Shown: positions 62,788 to 64,000 of the stretch, one piece after another
Layout: every line of letters starts with the position of its first letter
Numbering within the stretch: position 1 is the first letter of the stretch
NCBI GenBank assembly: GCA_965603825.1
Contig: CBFDEM010000013.1
Span: 186,001-250,000 of the forward strand
Direction of reading: 5' to 3'
Length of the DNA: 64,000 nucleotides
DNA from: Blepharisma stoltei ATCC 30299
Taxonomy: Eukaryota; Protista; Ciliophora
Notes under the pieces: generated by a model
Databases searched by the model: none
Seen by the model: the letters and a program-made list of their open reading frames with translations, nothing else
What the model was told of the DNA's origin: nothing
Translations under genes and position numbers: made by a program

Positions 62788-63460
62788 ATGGAGGACAGCA
62801 AAGTTGATAAATCTCTTACTCTTCAAGCTATGAAAAGAGACAAGAAACAAAGAGAATTTCGAGAATACCTTGCTGATAAAGGAATTGTGCTTGCAATGGT
62901 TAAATGTATTTTTTACCTTAGTTCTCTTAGCTTTGAAGCAATCAGATAACCCACCAAATTCCCCTGCTGAATACATTCAGCAATACTTTGGTGTTTATAA
63001 AGATCCAATGTGGGACATCGTTGATAATATGAAAGCTGATATAGAAGGTATGAAAACTTCTATAGAAAATAAACTAAACGAAATTCAAAACCTCAAAAAC
63101 GAAATTACCAAGGCAAAACGATCAAAACTTGTAAGAGAAACTTTTGCAGCGCTTGGCCCAGATGCTCAAGGTATTTTATCGACAAAAGTTTTAGTTCAAA
63201 AACTAAGTGGCCAGCCAAGGTTTGATACAGACTTAAAATTGAACCAAATGAACTTTGTCAATTTTATTATGGAGCATTTGATTTCTGGAGCAAATGAAGA
63301 TGAAAAAGAAAGGTTCTGGACAATGTGCTTTTTACCGTTTAGAGAAATTGGAACTCTTGGAGAGGATGGGAAACCTAAGCCAGCTCCTTTTGTGGGAAGA
63401 TTAGATGACCCTTCATATGTGCGTATTTTAGAAAAAATAAGATCCTATGTTCTTAAATAA
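62788..63460 (+). CDS. MYCBP: MYCBP/AMY-1-like protein (~218 aa); intron 62906-62921
   Basis: KQREFREYLADKGIVLAMVK|FLLALKQSDNPPNSPAEYIQQYFG followed by a coiled coil. Confidence 0.72.
62906..62921 (+). other. 16-nt intron GTATTTTTTACCTTAG
   Basis: Required to join the two halves of the domain in frame. Confidence 0.85.
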
Positions 63461-63590
63461 TCATTTGGCTTAGAAATTTAATATGATTTATTCAGAGCTA
63501 ATATATTAACACTGCTCGTTAGGTTTTAATTCATTAGTAAATAAGAATAAGTCTTTAAAGTTTAATTAGTTCCAATTTAAAATATCTTTG

Positions 63591-64000
63591 CTAATTATGA
63601 GACTTCCTTACTGCTCTCATTATATTCCCATTATTTTTAATAAGTGTAGGCTTTAAGCTTGGATTACTGTAATTTCTAATATGTTTTGTCTGATTGATGA
63701 CCCTTTTAATTTTATCGTGATATTTTTCAATATTCTCTGTCTCCTCAATCAAATTTTGTCTAGATGTTTCAATAAATTTGCTTATTGGTGTAATTTCAGG
63801 CATACTTGTGCTTCTATACATAAATCTCCTGCTTGATATTTTTTCATCAATACTTGAATCTTTTAGCTCGTCCATCATTTTTTCATTATTTTTCTCAAAA
63901 TTTGTCTCTTCTCTTTCAAAAACTCTAGGCAGCTTTATTCCTTTAATCCTTATTTTTTCTAATTTTTTGGCCAATTCTTTAGATTGTATTGATTTATTCC
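63591..64000 (-). CDS. 3' end of a hypothetical protein (5' end outside window)
   Basis: Open frame to the window edge; TAG at 63591. Confidence 0.55.
   Translation of the reverse strand, partial: NKSIQSKELAKKLEKIRIKGIKLPRVFEREETNFEKNNEKMMDELKDSSIDEKISSRRFMYRSTSMPEITPISKFIETSRQNLIEETENIEKYHDKIKRVINQTKHIRNYSNPSLKPTLIKNNGNIMRAVRKSHN

Noticed and set aside
1-64000. Many apparent pseudogenes or split ORFs in the ORF track
   Set aside because: Explained by UGA=Trp and 15-16-nt introns; frames are continuous
1-64000. Antisense or overlapping short ORFs (e.g. 2143-2397, 13048-13620, 15274-15624, 39165-39437)
   Set aside because: Shadow frames of real genes with no motifs
1-64000. tRNA, rRNA, CRISPR, telomeric repeats, histone 3' stem-loop, selenoproteins
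   Set aside because: None recognisable by eye; the TGA codons I could align fall at Trp, not Cys, positions. A covariance-model scan would be needed to exclude small ncRNAs

Overview
AT-rich, gene-dense eukaryotic DNA from a heterotrich ciliate somatic (macronuclear-type) genome, most consistent with Blepharisma. TGA encodes Trp: it occurs at conserved Trp positions in Myb, yippee, DOMON and CK1, and every complete gene ends in TAA or TAG. All 17 introns I could resolve are 15-16 nt GT..AG with A at position 10. The supplied ORF track is therefore fragmented; re-reading gives about 47 genes. These include NEDD1, a divergent H3/H4 pair, an F-BAR/TBC protein, AKR, CK1, Myb, MORN, SAS-4, PLK, NEK, PACRG, GGH, an SK-type K+ channel, CNBP, MFS, ERD2, yippee and MYCBP. 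The most notable items: (1) a GPCR-PIP5K fusion whose stop codon directly abuts an in-frame arrestin-fold gene, across a 15-nt intron-like string; (2) a 1212-bp TA-flanked terminal-inverted-repeat element in a PDI gene whose precise excision restores the local frame; (3) a one-polypeptide DOMON-cyt b561-cyt b5-FNR redox chain; (4) an 8-copy mu-class GST array with alternating intact and pseudogene copies. All translations were done by hand; no database searches were run.
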